A DNA stretch of 64,000 bases. Origin: an uncultured Chloroflexota bacterium (GTDB lineage: Bacteria; Chloroflexota; UBA11872; VXNJ01). The notes beneath the pieces are model-generated. The model did no database searches. It saw only the letters and a list, made by a program, of their open reading frames with translations, and was not told where the DNA came from. Below are positions 20,834 through 32,027 of this stretch, in pieces. Location: the NCBI GenBank assembly GCA_913043205.1, contig CAJWLF010000013.1, positions 4,787 to 68,786 of the forward strand, in the 5' to 3' direction. Both the position numbers and the translations under genes were made by a program. The first letter of the stretch is position 1; the number at the start of each line of letters is the position of its first letter.

Positions 20834-22867
20834 TTAAGGACTAAACGTCACACTTGCCACTACCCCATCGAAACCAGCTATTTGGAATTTTCCTTTAAGA
20901 TCCCTTACCACCAATTGGTTAACTATCGACAGCCCCAAGCCAGCGTTAACCCCTAAGTCAAAATTGGCCGGCAACCCTCTTCCATCGTCTCTAACTTCAA
21001 CCAGCAGGTCACCATCTTGAAAAGACGTTGTTACAACGATTTTGCCCTCACTCTTATCAGAGAATCCATGATCTATTGCATTCCAAATTAATTCGTTTAT
21101 TACTAGCGCAAAAGTAGTAGCTTTGTCTTCAGGAATGTCTACAATTTGCCCTTCGACTGAAATTGCAATATTTTTCCCCATAGCCACAATATCCGATCTA
21201 GCAATATCGGCCATAGTGGAAACAATATCTGTTGCCGTAGCAACATTTATGCGATCACCAGACAATAAGTCGTGTACAGCAGCCATACCAGTTATTCGAC
21301 CTGCACTTAACGCAAGGATGTCCCCTGCCTCGGGCGACTCGGTCCGCCTGCTTTGCATATTTAATAGTGAAGCAACGGTTTGCAAATTGTTCTTTACTCG
21401 GTGATGAAGCTCACGCAACAATAATGAGTTTCGTTCCATGCCATCATTTGCCTGAGCGTACAATCGAGCATTGCTCATAGCAATCGCAGCCTGATCAGCA
21501 AAAGAGGACACCAATTGAACATCATGATCGCCGAATTCACGACGCGACTCAGAGTAAATTGTAATTGCACCAAGGACACGACCACGAGACTTTAATGGAA
21601 CACATAGCATTGAGGAATACCCTTCCTCGCGAATCATTTCTGGTGACGCCATCAATCTTCTATCCGTTAATGCGTCGATCACAATAGCCGGCTGATGAGA
21701 TTTCACGACTTCTCCGGCAACTCCTTCACCTACACGCATACTTAATTGCCGGTACGCAGGACCAACATTATGGTGTGCCACAATAAATATTCGGTCATTA
21801 TCCACTTCAAATATGGCCGCCTTATCTGCTTCAATAATAGAAGTGGCATAACTTGTAATCTGCTCCAACACATCCCGATAGTTCAAATTGGAAGTCAGGC
21901 TCTGACCTATTCTTTGAAGCGTAGTTAATTCGCTATATCGACGCCGTAGTTCTTCATCCGTTTGCTCATACAGATTGGCATTCCACAGTGCCATAGCCAG
22001 CTGACCTGCCGCAGTTTCAACAAACTCAATTTCCGCACCGCTAAAATCTCTATATTCCCGGCTATGCATGCTGAGCACGCCAAGTAAACGATTTGCTGTA
22101 AATTGAACGATTGGCACTGCCAAAATGCTGCAATACTGTTCTTCGCCTAGGCCCGGGAACACCCTGAATCGAGGGTCTGCCCAAGCATCGCGAACCACCA
22201 CCGACTCACCTAGTTCAGCGGCGCTACCAGCAATACCTTCCCCAACTTGCATAGAGGCCTTACCAACAAGATCAGTATTCAAGCCATGCGTTTGATGCAG
22301 AATCAGCCTATTACTTTCATCATCAAGTATCCATACGGAACACTCATCAAGCTCCATCACATCAGCAACGGTCTTCGCTGCCAAATACGAAGTTTGCTCC
22401 AAATCCAATGTGGAATTGGCGGCAGCATTTATACGCATAATTCCTTCAAGCTCGGCGCGACCACTTTCATCCTTTTTCTCAGCAGTCATACCATTTAACC
22501 TATTAGTCAGACCACGTTCTAGCCCAGTGCCAATGGATTGCAGAACCGACGAATTAAGCTTGCGAAAGCGATCATCAAATAATTTTGTAGCAGCACTCCC
22601 GTCTATCGCCATTCTTTCCACTGCCCATCCGTCTCTAAGCCTATCGCCCGCCATTGTTAGAGCGACAGAAATCGGTCGTCCACTCAAGGCCGAATCAGCA
22701 GCTGCCTGCTCAATCGACGCAAATAAATTAGGATCTTCTGCATGATGAACAACAAGTTGAAACATCTCTCTGGGATGCCAAGGGCGAGCTTCATCTTCTC
22801 GGTCAATCAACCAATTGCATATTCTTCGTATGTCCCGGCTAGTAGCCGGAAGCGTCTTATCAGTCAT
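20834..22867 (-). CDS. Sensor histidine kinase with two GAF domains, a HisKA_2 domain and a HATPase domain. There is no adjacent response regulator.
   Basis: The two GAF cores are GEGIAGSAAELGESVVV and GEGVAGEVVKSHQPAIV. The H-box reads ELHHRVKNNLQTVASLL. The C-terminal ATPase domain carries DDGRGLP and G-box motifs. Confidence 0.85.
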   Translation of the reverse strand: MTDKTLPATSRDIRRICNWLIDREDEARPWHPREMFQLVVHHAEDPNLFASIEQAAADSALSGRPISVALTMAGDRLRDGWAVERMAIDGSAATKLFDDRFRKLNSSVLQSIGTGLERGLTNRLNGMTAEKKDESGRAELEGIMRINAAANSTLDLEQTSYLAAKTVADVMELDECSVWILDDESNRLILHQTHGLNTDLVGKASMQVGEGIAGSAAELGESVVVRDAWADPRFRVFPGLGEEQYCSILAVPIVQFTANRLLGVLSMHSREYRDFSGAEIEFVETAAGQLAMALWNANLYEQTDEELRRRYSELTTLQRIGQSLTSNLNYRDVLEQITSYATSIIEADKAAIFEVDNDRIFIVAHHNVGPAYRQLSMRVGEGVAGEVVKSHQPAIVIDALTDRRLMASPEMIREEGYSSMLCVPLKSRGRVLGAITIYSESRREFGDHDVQLVSSFADQAAIAMSNARLYAQANDGMERNSLLLRELHHRVKNNLQTVASLLNMQSRRTESPEAGDILALSAGRITGMAAVHDLLSGDRINVATATDIVSTMADIARSDIVAMGKNIAISVEGQIVDIPEDKATTFALVINELIWNAIDHGFSDKSEGKIVVTTSFQDGDLLVEVRDDGRGLPANFDLGVNAGLGLSIVNQLVVRDLKGKFQIAGFDGVVASVTFSP

Positions 22868-23142
22868 ATATCAACACTGTCACATATTGCATGAAAATAA
22901 TGGACCCTATATTAACGGGCGCTACAACTCTGCGTTTGGACAAATTGACTCACATCCTCGATACTAGGCAAACACAAGCCCATACATCATCCCTGTGATG
23001 ATCCAATTTACCAAACGCAAATACCAATCCACCCGACTAGAAGACTCGCTCGAGTTAGAATGTTGGAACTGTTTTGTCTAGAGCCAGATAATTTGCAAAC
23101 TATCTGTGCCTAATTACTAACTCAAATAGGGAGATAATTTAA

Positions 23143-23253
23143 ATGTTCCGATTCATCTGGCGGGCCTTCAGGGCTCTCGCATTACTTGGCATTGCAATCG
23201 CCTTGTTTAATAGGTTTTTTAAAGACCGATTCAACGGTGAAGATGGGGAATAG
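23143..23253 (+). CDS. Candidate small membrane protein of 36 aa, too short for the ORF track
   Basis: An ATG is preceded by TAGGGAGAT at about 9 nt. The product MFRFIWRAFRALALLGIAIALFNRFFKDRFNGEDGE has a single hydrophobic helix with a charged tail. It lies in a 515-nt intergenic region. Confidence 0.3.
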   Translation: MFRFIWRAFRALALLGIAIALFNRFFKDRFNGEDGE

Positions 23254-23382
23254 CCATAGCTCAACAACCGTGTTGACCAACTTTAAAGGAACTGTATCGA
23301 ATACTGCTAGTTCTTACCGGTTAGCTAGCCTCCGACTCCCAGCACTCAGACATCAACATACAACAACGACCCCCTCACTCTG

Positions 23383-24636
23383 ATGATTGGACAAACCAAG
23401 CAGACAGCTTGGAAGAGAACAACTGTAGTAATAATCCTCTGTAACACCGTGAATTTCCTCGGTTACTCATTGATGATTCCTTTCTTAGCCCTCTATTTGC
23501 AAGAAATAGGCGTTCCAGACCCAGCGGATGCTGCTAAATGGGCCGGGTTTATAGGGGCCGCACAAGGGATATCATTCTCTATCAGCTCACCATTTTGGGG
23601 GTACCTAGCTGATCGCATCGGACGCAAACCTATGGTCGTACGAGCAATGATAGTCAGCGGCATAGGAATCGCAGCAGCAGGTTTTGTAAATGATCCGATG
23701 TTATTGTTCTTCGTAGTTCTATTCCGAGGCTTTGCATCTGGCCCTGGAACAGCTTCCATATCTCTGATGGCCACAATCGCTCCTAGTAATCAATTAACTC
23801 GCATCGTCGGCTGGGTGGAAGCTGCACACATGGTGGGAATGACGGCAGGATTAGCGGCTGGGGGAATATTAGCGGGAACAATAGGGATGCAAAACACCTT
23901 CGTCGCCGGTGGGATACTAAGCATAACCGCAGGATTGCTGGTGCAAATCTTTGCTGTAGAAAATTTTCAAAGACCCAAGCCGAATGATCAATCATTACCA
24001 AGTCAAAGTAATATCGCAACCAGAACAGGCCGTATAAGAAATGTGTTATCAGACTTGGGAGGATTGCTGACCTCCAACCTGTGGATCCTATGTATATTAC
24101 AAGGATCTCTGTGGTTTTCCGGAAACGGCATAAATTTTGTCTTGCCATTGCAGATCCAAGAGCTTACGGATCGAGGAACAGCGGCATTCTGGACAGGCAT
24201 GATACAAAGTGGATTCAGCGCACTCACCTTCGTGGGAGTTTTAGTCGTTCCCGAATTGGCAAGGAAGTGGGGATATCAACGTGTATTAGTCGGGGCATTA
24301 ATCGCTTTTGCCATATTATTCATCCCTCAGGCGCTCGCCCCTTCCATCATAACGTTTGCTGCATTGCGTATACTACAAGGAGTCGCTTTTGGATTTGTTG
24401 GTCCACTTCAACGTTCTTTGGTGGGACTGGCAGCTCCCAAACATCGCACAGCAACCGTATATGGCATTCAGACAACACTAGCAGGGACCGGGATGACTCT
24501 CGGACCTCTCGTACTAGGCACTCTTGTAGCAGGAAATATGGGAGTATCAGCTTCTTTCATCTGTGCCTCAACCATTTCATTGTCAGCCTGTCTGTTAGCA
24601 CTTCGTCGTTTAAACGCTGACTCTATAGCAAAATAG
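23383..24636 (+). CDS. MFS transporter
   Basis: The protein has about 12 TM helices. The MFS motif GYLADRIGRKPM follows TM2. Confidence 0.85.
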   Translation: MIGQTKQTAWKRTTVVIILCNTVNFLGYSLMIPFLALYLQEIGVPDPADAAKWAGFIGAAQGISFSISSPFWGYLADRIGRKPMVVRAMIVSGIGIAAAGFVNDPMLLFFVVLFRGFASGPGTASISLMATIAPSNQLTRIVGWVEAAHMVGMTAGLAAGGILAGTIGMQNTFVAGGILSITAGLLVQIFAVENFQRPKPNDQSLPSQSNIATRTGRIRNVLSDLGGLLTSNLWILCILQGSLWFSGNGINFVLPLQIQELTDRGTAAFWTGMIQSGFSALTFVGVLVVPELARKWGYQRVLVGALIAFAILFIPQALAPSIITFAALRILQGVAFGFVGPLQRSLVGLAAPKHRTATVYGIQTTLAGTGMTLGPLVLGTLVAGNMGVSASFICASTISLSACLLALRRLNADSIAK

Positions 24637-24642
24637 AGAAAA

Positions 24643-26040
24643 CTATACAGGCCTATGTAAATGCCAATCCGTAACTTCCTGATACGCTGACGCAACCTGA
24701 ATCAGCATAGCTTCATTGAACAAGCGAGCCGAAAGCATCATCCCAACAGGCAGCTGGTTTCTATCAAACCCACACGGTACCGAAATAGACGGTTGCCCCG
24801 TCTGGTTGAATACCGCAGTAAAACTGAGTATTCGTTTGGCCTCATCAGTGTGGTCACTATCAATACAACTTGCGGTCCGAAATACAGTTGGAGTCAGCAG
24901 AACGTCAACTGAATTGAATAGCTCATCGCTGCGACGCGTCAAGTCTTTCTTCAGGTTTAACCAAGCGCTATAATCCCTGCCATCAACATTGCAACCCCGT
25001 TCCAACAACCGCTCGCGAACATCATCTCCCAGCTTCTTAACTGAATCGGCATCATCAAGTATCGTCTTGTTCGAAAAAGCAGCATCCACTGGAACCATCC
25101 TAGAATTATTTTGAAATAATTGTTCCGCCCATTCAAAATCCAATGGTACTAGGGAAGCCCCCATACCCTCCAGAACTCTGATCGCATTGTCCAAACATTG
25201 CCCAACATCATTATCCAAATCATTGAAAAAAAACTGCCGGGGAACCCCTATCTTTCGCCCACTTATGCCTAGCCCCACCGTCCGAGTAAAGTTCTCACGA
25301 TGTATCGGTTCACTGTACGGATCCAACCTGTCATATCCAGTCATAACATTTAACATAATGCCGCAATCTATCGCGCTTCTTCCCATTGGACCCACATGGT
25401 CTAAATTCATTGACAGCGGCCACACGCCACGTCTCGAGACGCGACCAAACGATGGTTTCAGACCAGTAATCCCACAGAGTGCTGCCGGACCACGTATAGA
25501 ACCACCAGTGTCAGAACCAATAGCAGCTATAGACATGGCACTAGCAACTGCAACTGCAGACCCACTACTCGACCCTCCAGGAATGCGATCGATACCCCAT
25601 GGATTAGCGGGAGTACCAAAACTATGGTTAACCCCTGTTCCTCCTAATGCTAGCTCATGTAAATTTGTTTTTCCGATTATGATCGCGCCTGCCTGGATCA
25701 ATTTTTCCACAATTGATGCATTACAAACCGATGTGGTCAGCGGAGCTGCGAAAGAACCAGCTGTCGTCACTGTTCCAGCTAGGTCGCATAGATCTTTAAT
25801 TGCGACAGGCAACCCATGAAGCGGACCCCGAAACATACCGCTAGCTGACTCAATATCAGCCTGCCTGGCACTAGACACAGCCTCTTCCGGACTGGTCTGA
25901 ATAAAAACTTTATTGTCTGAATCAAGGGTGTTAATACGATCCAAAGCATTTCGGACCAAATCAAAGCTCGACAACTTACCAGCACGAATCTGAGCCGCCG
26001 CCTCGACAATAGAAAAATAACTCAAGCCTGAGTCGTCCAT
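24643..26040 (-). CDS. Amidase-signature family amidase (GatA-like)
   Basis: The Gly/Ser-rich amidase signature is GGSSSGSAVAVASAM, with catalytic K in AIKD. Length is 465 aa. Confidence 0.85.
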   Translation of the reverse strand: MDDSGLSYFSIVEAAAQIRAGKLSSFDLVRNALDRINTLDSDNKVFIQTSPEEAVSSARQADIESASGMFRGPLHGLPVAIKDLCDLAGTVTTAGSFAAPLTTSVCNASIVEKLIQAGAIIIGKTNLHELALGGTGVNHSFGTPANPWGIDRIPGGSSSGSAVAVASAMSIAAIGSDTGGSIRGPAALCGITGLKPSFGRVSRRGVWPLSMNLDHVGPMGRSAIDCGIMLNVMTGYDRLDPYSEPIHRENFTRTVGLGISGRKIGVPRQFFFNDLDNDVGQCLDNAIRVLEGMGASLVPLDFEWAEQLFQNNSRMVPVDAAFSNKTILDDADSVKKLGDDVRERLLERGCNVDGRDYSAWLNLKKDLTRRSDELFNSVDVLLTPTVFRTASCIDSDHTDEAKRILSFTAVFNQTGQPSISVPCGFDRNQLPVGMMLSARLFNEAMLIQVASAYQEVTDWHLHRPV

Positions 26041-26223
26041 CTAATTTCCTTCTTATCGCCTGCTCCATTCACCGCAACTGATATTATGCCAAATTGCATC
26101 TAAGACACACCACTTGTTGTCTACTTTTATAATACTGTCTAGTAACCAAATATCTTATTATGTTGACTAACTATTCAATGGAACACCGCTAACCTACTGG
26201 AGTCCGAGTTAGGACAATCAACA

Positions 26224-26979
26224 CTGACCCAAAACCACTCAAAATCATCCGTACGACTTCATGTCTTCTTAGCGAAGGCAGGACTCGGATCCCGTCGCGC
26301 CATGGAAACTGCTATTGCAGACGGTCGAGCTGAAGTAAATGGATCTGTAATAACAAGAATGGGTTCTAAAATTCATCCTGAATCCGACATTGTGGTGTTT
26401 GACGGATCAACCATCAATCCATCTAACGTCATCAAAGTTTATGTACTCCTAAATAAACCACGCGGAGTGTTAAGCACCACTAAAGACGATTATGGACGCA
26501 AGACGGTAATGGATTGCTTACCCAAAGAGTTGTTGCGCCACCGTCTCTTTCCAGTAGGCAGACTCGATTGGAACTCCGAAGGCCTAGTGCTGCTAACAAA
26601 CGATGGAGACCTAGCACATAGACTTTTACACCCAAAGTTCGAACATTATCGGCATTATTTAGTCAAAGTTACAGGACGGCCAAAAGAATCTCAGCTCAAC
26701 AAGCTTAGACATGGACTGCAACTTGAAGACGGCTTCACCTCTCCAACCAAGATTAAGGAAATAGGTTTCTATGATAGTCACACGGAACTTGAGATGACTA
26801 TGCGAGAGGGACGTAACCGTCAGATCAGACGCATGTTTTCATCGATAGGATCATCAGTGACTCACCTGCGACGCACCGGCCTTGCAACATTAAATATAGG
26901 TAGGTTAGGCCTCAGTGAATCACGCCTATTGACAAGCACAGAAGTGTCCAAATTGCGCAAGTCAGCAGGGCTAGAGTGA
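26224..26979 (+). CDS. RsuA/RluB-family rRNA pseudouridine synthase (S4 domain plus PseudoU_synth_2). Its start codon is uncertain.
   Basis: Contains VLLNKPRGVLST and the catalytic region FPVGRLDWNSEGLVLLTNDGDL. The S4 domain (VRLHVFLAKAGLGSRRA) lies upstream of the track ATG at 26302. There is no in-frame ATG/GTG/TTG between the stop at 26164-26166 and 26302. The best candidate is the CTG at 26224, preceded by AGGA. Confidence 0.7.
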   Translation: MTQNHSKSSVRLHVFLAKAGLGSRRAMETAIADGRAEVNGSVITRMGSKIHPESDIVVFDGSTINPSNVIKVYVLLNKPRGVLSTTKDDYGRKTVMDCLPKELLRHRLFPVGRLDWNSEGLVLLTNDGDLAHRLLHPKFEHYRHYLVKVTGRPKESQLNKLRHGLQLEDGFTSPTKIKEIGFYDSHTELEMTMREGRNRQIRRMFSSIGSSVTHLRRTGLATLNIGRLGLSESRLLTSTEVSKLRKSAGLE

Positions 26980-26982
26980 ATG

Positions 26983-29013
26983 TTAATCCATCAGTTGATT
27001 TCGTAAATCATGTAGCTCTGTCACCGGGAGAGAGCAAACGAAATCTCGACACACATATGCAGTCGGCTGACTGTTCAAAACGTCCCTACCCTTGAGTAAT
27101 GGAACCGCCGAATTACTTCCTAACCCACATGCCACAACACAATGCGGTCTGTATTGGTTCCGCAACTCAGCCAATAAATCTTGCATTTCTTTAGCTTTAA
27201 ATTTTCCGACTAAAGCAACTGCTACTGGGTTTGCTATCGCATAATCTAAGGCAATTAACCATTGGCCATGCCCGGTCGGATAACGATCCAATTGGTTGGA
27301 CACAGATTTTAATGCCGACTCCGCCATCTCTCGGTATCTATACTCGCCCGTCAAGTCCGCAATTTTCAGAAGTGTTGTAGCCGCCATAGCCCCACCAGAA
27401 GGGACAGCATTATCTTGCAAGAACATTGGACGCGTTATCAACTCTTCATGATCGTCACTAGTGTCAAAAAACCCTCCTTCATGTGAATAGAAACGGTCAC
27501 AAATCACATCAGCAAGTTCACGTGCAATCACAAACCATTTCTCATCAAACTTCCCTTGATACAAACACAAAAGACCTTCGATTAGATAGCTATAATCTTC
27601 CAATAATCCATTTACACTGGCTCTTCCATTCCGCCAAGTGTGCAAAAGACGACCATCATTATTCCGCATATTGGCGACGATGAAATTGGCATTTTTCTCA
27701 GCCACATGCCAGTAATCACTCCGATCAAAGGCTATGGCCGCCTCGCTAAAGGCAGCCATCATAAGCCCATTCCAAGATGTAATAACTTTGTCATCAGTAG
27801 CAGGTCTTATACGAGTTGATCTGATTTCAAATAGTTTCTTACGGGCATCATCAAACCCCGACAGCTCCTGAGCACTATCTGAATCCCCACCCTCATCCTG
27901 AATCGTAGTGGGACGTATTCGATTCAAGATATTTTGACCTTCAAAATTACCCTCTGTCGACACGTTGAATGTTCGCGCAAAATCTTCAGCTGCCTCCCCT
28001 AAAGCCTCATGTATTTCGCCTTTATCCCATAAGAAGAATTTTCCTTCAACCCCCTCAGAATCAGCATCTTGCGTACTGCTGAACCCTCCATCTAATAGTG
28101 TCATTTCACGCATGACATAGTCCAGCGTCTCCTCAGCTACTTTCCGGTAAATCAAATTACCCGTAATTTGCCAGGCTTTTACATAGACTCGGACAAGCTG
28201 ACTATTGTCATATAACATTTTTTCAAAATGAGGAGTCAACCAAAAAGCGTCTACTGAATAGCGATGAAACCCCCCTCCTATTTGGTCATAAATCCCACCT
28301 CTCGCCATCTTCTGCAACGCACCTTCCGCCACCTTTAAGGCGACATCATCGCCTGATGCCACATACCGATTTAACAAAAAGTGGATCAGCATAGGTTGAG
28401 GAAATTTCGGTTGCGATCCCCAACCTCCATTTTCTAAGTCAGAGGCTGACACGATACTGTTACCAGCCTCTACTATGGTCCCTTCGGCTAACTGCCCTTC
28501 CGAAGGCAAAGCAAATCCAGTTTCAATACGTTGTAACAACGCCTTTCCGGCATCTGTCACCTCTTGACGTCGCTCCCTGTATGCGCCAGATAATGCGTCG
28601 AGCACTTGGGTAAATGAAGGCATTCCATGCCTAGGAACAGGGGGGTAATATGTCCCTCCGTAAAAGGGAAGCCCATCGGGTGTGAGAAAGACGCTCATTG
28701 GCCAACCGCCTTGGCCAGTCATAGAGACAACCGAACTCATGTATATAGCATCGATTTCAGGCCGCTCTTCCCGATCAACTTTAATAGCAACGAATTCTCT
28801 GTTGAGTATTTCGGCAACAGTCGGGTCTTCAAAAGATTCTCGTTCCATAACATGGCACCAATGGCACGATGAGTAGCCCACACTGAGAAATACAGGCCTG
28901 TCTAAACCCTTAGCTTTCTTAAAGGCCTCGTCGCCCCAGGGATGCCAATCAACAGGATTGTTAGCGTGTTGAAGCAAATATGGACTAGTTTCTTTTGCAA
29001 GTAAGTTGGCCAA
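26983..29013 (-). CDS. Thioredoxin-domain protein of the DUF255/YyaL family (Trx-like N-terminus plus six-hairpin glycosidase-like domain)
   Basis: The N-terminus reads [22 protein letters not shown] ... [13 protein letters not shown]. Length is 676 aa. Confidence 0.8.
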   Translation of the reverse strand: MANLLAKETSPYLLQHANNPVDWHPWGDEAFKKAKGLDRPVFLSVGYSSCHWCHVMERESFEDPTVAEILNREFVAIKVDREERPEIDAIYMSSVVSMTGQGGWPMSVFLTPDGLPFYGGTYYPPVPRHGMPSFTQVLDALSGAYRERRQEVTDAGKALLQRIETGFALPSEGQLAEGTIVEAGNSIVSASDLENGGWGSQPKFPQPMLIHFLLNRYVASGDDVALKVAEGALQKMARGGIYDQIGGGFHRYSVDAFWLTPHFEKMLYDNSQLVRVYVKAWQITGNLIYRKVAEETLDYVMREMTLLDGGFSSTQDADSEGVEGKFFLWDKGEIHEALGEAAEDFARTFNVSTEGNFEGQNILNRIRPTTIQDEGGDSDSAQELSGFDDARKKLFEIRSTRIRPATDDKVITSWNGLMMAAFSEAAIAFDRSDYWHVAEKNANFIVANMRNNDGRLLHTWRNGRASVNGLLEDYSYLIEGLLCLYQGKFDEKWFVIARELADVICDRFYSHEGGFFDTSDDHEELITRPMFLQDNAVPSGGAMAATTLLKIADLTGEYRYREMAESALKSVSNQLDRYPTGHGQWLIALDYAIANPVAVALVGKFKAKEMQDLLAELRNQYRPHCVVACGLGSNSAVPLLKGRDVLNSQPTAYVCRDFVCSLPVTELHDLRNQLMD

Positions 29014-29130
29014 GAGATAAATCCTATTTCATACCATTTAAACAACGATTAAAGATTCCACGTCCGAATACCAATTCCGAGGAAAATCAGATCTTGCAGG
29101 GCATAATAATCCACAAGGAAATAATTAACT

Positions 29131-29895
29131 ATGACAGCACCAACAAAAAACAAGCGAGATTTATTTAAAGAACCGGGACTGTATGACAATATCAGCTTGC
29201 CTGCAGCATCACATGAACGCCCTTATGTTGCTATCAATATGGTAATGACTGCTGACGGCGCGATTTCGCCGCCGGATCACAGTTACAAACACATTAGTGG
29301 TCCAGAAGATCAACGTACTTACAGGCGTATGCGAATCCATTTCGATGCGATCATGCGAGGCACGAAAACTTTGGATATCGATCTAGATAGAAATTTGATG
29401 AATGACCATATCGTCAATGCGCGCACACAAATAGGGTTACCAAACCCACCATTCGTTGTCATCCTGACCAACACAGGCAATGTTGACCCAAATTCCCTGA
29501 TATTCAAGCATGATATATATCCCGCTCGCCCCCTACTTTTTGTGCCAGAAAAAGTTGTGACATCCAGCAAACTCCAAGACGTGGCTTACGTTATAAAAAT
29601 GGACGGGCCGCAACTGATTTCGACTGACGTCCTGCAATGGTTACGAGAAAACAAAGGTGTAGAGAGGGTTTTGTCAGAAGGGGGAGCTACACTCAATTAT
29701 TCTCTAATTGCCGAAAACCTAGTAGACGAATATTTCCTCACTATTTCGCCTATTATCATCGGTGAATCGAACCCAAGAACTCCCGTGGAAGGAAAATTTC
29801 CTTTTGCTAACGATAAAACAAGAACCATGTCGCTAATCTCATCGATTAGTAGTGGTGATGAAGTTTTCTTGCGGTACAAATTTGAATGTCAGTGA
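29131..29895 (+). CDS. RibD C-terminal-domain / dihydrofolate reductase-like reductase
   Basis: Contains PYVAINMVMTADGAIS ... RVLSEGGATLNYSLI, which is the RibD_C pattern. Confidence 0.7.
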   Translation: MTAPTKNKRDLFKEPGLYDNISLPAASHERPYVAINMVMTADGAISPPDHSYKHISGPEDQRTYRRMRIHFDAIMRGTKTLDIDLDRNLMNDHIVNARTQIGLPNPPFVVILTNTGNVDPNSLIFKHDIYPARPLLFVPEKVVTSSKLQDVAYVIKMDGPQLISTDVLQWLRENKGVERVLSEGGATLNYSLIAENLVDEYFLTISPIIIGESNPRTPVEGKFPFANDKTRTMSLISSISSGDEVFLRYKFECQ

Positions 29896-30725
29896 GAAGC
29901 CTTATATGAGTCCCTAAGCAAACTTGTCTCGAAACCATCTGCTACCAAGTCTTCTGCCGCATATTCATAAAGAGCCGCCTTGAAAATGCCATCCATCGTT
30001 GTAACTACCAGAGCCGCTGATATTCCACCAAGCACAGCTAATACCAAACCAAGGGCAGGACTTACCTGTGCAAACACAATTGCAGGAACCATTGCTACTA
30101 AAAATACAAAAACCCCCATTACCCCAAAGCCAAAATTTGCCGTCACTTGCTCGCCCCAAGTCTGCCGAAGTAGAGATTTCGATCTCTTAATAGATTCAAT
30201 CGGCCCGACGTTTTCCACTACTAGTACAGGAATCACGAAAAAAGTTGTATAAGCCCAAGCTGCAGCCCCTATCGCAACTGCAATTTGGCCTATGACATTA
30301 TCTGAACGCCTAGAAGCATTGCTCAATATTCGAAGCACCAATCCCACAGAGGCAGATATAATCGCCCATCCAGCTATTGTGGAAACACGGGACATAGCAA
30401 TCTTCAAACCATCTTTGACCGTGGGATCCCCACCCCGAATACGTATCATTGCTGCACCTACAAGTGCTGAATTAAAAAAGATGATCACGAAAGACACTAT
30501 GAAATATATAATTAGCAGTAACACGTAATCAACGTTGGTCAATTCTGACTCACCAAACAATCTATCTAGCGCTCCCAAACCACTCGCTAAACCAGACCAT
30601 ATCAAAATTATCAAGATTGCTGAAGCCCCGGAAAATACAGGAAAAACAACGAGTTCACGGTCCTTTTGAAGTATTGCCCAGCAAATCTTGACGATAGACC
30701 AAGTTCTACCAATGGAAGCAAACAT
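29889..30725 (-). CDS. Hypothetical multi-pass membrane protein
   Basis: The protein has about 6 hydrophobic helices and no recognisable catalytic motif. It resembles the adjacent gene. Confidence 0.5.
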   Translation of the reverse strand: MFASIGRTWSIVKICWAILQKDRELVVFPVFSGASAILIILIWSGLASGLGALDRLFGESELTNVDYVLLLIIYFIVSFVIIFFNSALVGAAMIRIRGGDPTVKDGLKIAMSRVSTIAGWAIISASVGLVLRILSNASRRSDNVIGQIAVAIGAAAWAYTTFFVIPVLVVENVGPIESIKRSKSLLRQTWGEQVTANFGFGVMGVFVFLVAMVPAIVFAQVSPALGLVLAVLGGISAALVVTTMDGIFKAALYEYAAEDLVADGFETSLLRDSYKASH

Positions 30726-30822
30726 TAGATTAGAAACTCCATAGCTCGGCTTGTATCGACGTAGCCGTCTTTATCAGGGTTATACGTTAGTAAATACGGT
30801 AACACAATCCAACTTTCGATAG

Positions 30823-31581
30823 TCACGCCGACTCTGAATCTCGGTGAAAATCGTAAGTCACACTGCGAAGAGTAGCTCCAAAAACCGTAAGAAGAACTTC
30901 AAAGGGAAAGCTAATGATAGATGCCATAAAGATCGCTCTTGTCAATTCTGATTCACCCTGCGCCCCCATGTTGGTGACTGCACCTGTGACATTTGCTATC
31001 ACTAATGTGAGGGCAGCCATAAACGCCAAGAACATTAGCACATCACGCCATAACCTATTCGCCATCGAAAACGATAGTTTGATAGCAACATGTACAGAGG
31101 GATTTTTGTCCGCCAATATCGGTAACACAAAAATACTAGCGTATGACCATCCTATGGGTATTAGTAAGGCAATAAATAAAATAGCTCCTGTAGATTGACC
31201 TATCAGAACCTGAGTAACCCCCAGCAAAAAGACCAATCCCAACAGCGGGCGCACCAAAGTAAATATCTTGGTTATGGCAACCCCGAAGCCAATCCTTCTA
31301 CCTCGTAAATGATTTAATACAGAAAAAATAACCGCCAAATCCTGCGCCTGGTTCAAAAATATCTGTATCAATATTATTGGTAGCAATTGCGTTAGAGATA
31401 AGTTGGAAAGTGCTGCTCCCGGACTTCCCACCAAGATCATCCGAGTCAAAATGGCTCCAGGCACGGGATACAGAAGTAACAATGGGTGATCACGCAATAT
31501 GGTTAGTGAAGTCCGCACAAACAAACCAAAACGATATCCGAGACCTTCGCCATCTTCAGAATTAGAATCTGTGTTATTCAA
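30823..31581 (-). CDS. Hypothetical multi-pass membrane protein, a likely paralog of 29889-30725
   Basis: It has similar length and hydropathy. The segment LRGRRIGFGVAITKIF ... LLGLVFLLGVTQVL parallels IRGGDPTVKDGLKIAM ... WAIISASVGLVL in the neighbour. Confidence 0.5.
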   Translation of the reverse strand: MNNTDSNSEDGEGLGYRFGLFVRTSLTILRDHPLLLLYPVPGAILTRMILVGSPGAALSNLSLTQLLPIILIQIFLNQAQDLAVIFSVLNHLRGRRIGFGVAITKIFTLVRPLLGLVFLLGVTQVLIGQSTGAILFIALLIPIGWSYASIFVLPILADKNPSVHVAIKLSFSMANRLWRDVLMFLAFMAALTLVIANVTGAVTNMGAQGESELTRAIFMASIISFPFEVLLTVFGATLRSVTYDFHRDSESA

Positions 31582-32027
31582 TATTAAGCATCTTCTTACT
31601 CGGCTTTGATCCCTATTAGAATCTCACAATTAGAAATAAATAGCACTACATTTAACCCGGACAATATACAAACAATGCGACGCCAGGGATATCCAATAGA
31701 CCCTACAGTTAGCTCCCTAACAACGTCGTTTATTTATTAGAAGCTGCCTACTTCAGAAGATCCTCAGGTACCCAGACTACCATCATCCTTAGCAATGCTG
31801 AAACTCTATTTATATACAGAATCGCTATTAAAAACCTCACTGTCGGAATCCCTATCACCTATTATGGACTGGGCATCGAAATGGCAAGCCTTACAATTGT
31901 TAGAAAACACCTAATGCGCGACATGCACGACCAACCACTTGACCAGTAAAATTGCTTGGAAAAAATCTGATAGTGAGCACTATGTATACTCCTGAACACA
32001 CCCCTACCCCTAGACTAGCAATGCGAT

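Noticed and set aside
23186-23383. 65-aa track ORF immediately upstream of the MFS transporter
   Set aside because: It has a low-complexity Ser/Thr-rich sequence with no RBS. It is less convincing than the 36-aa ORF at 23143-23253, which it overlaps.
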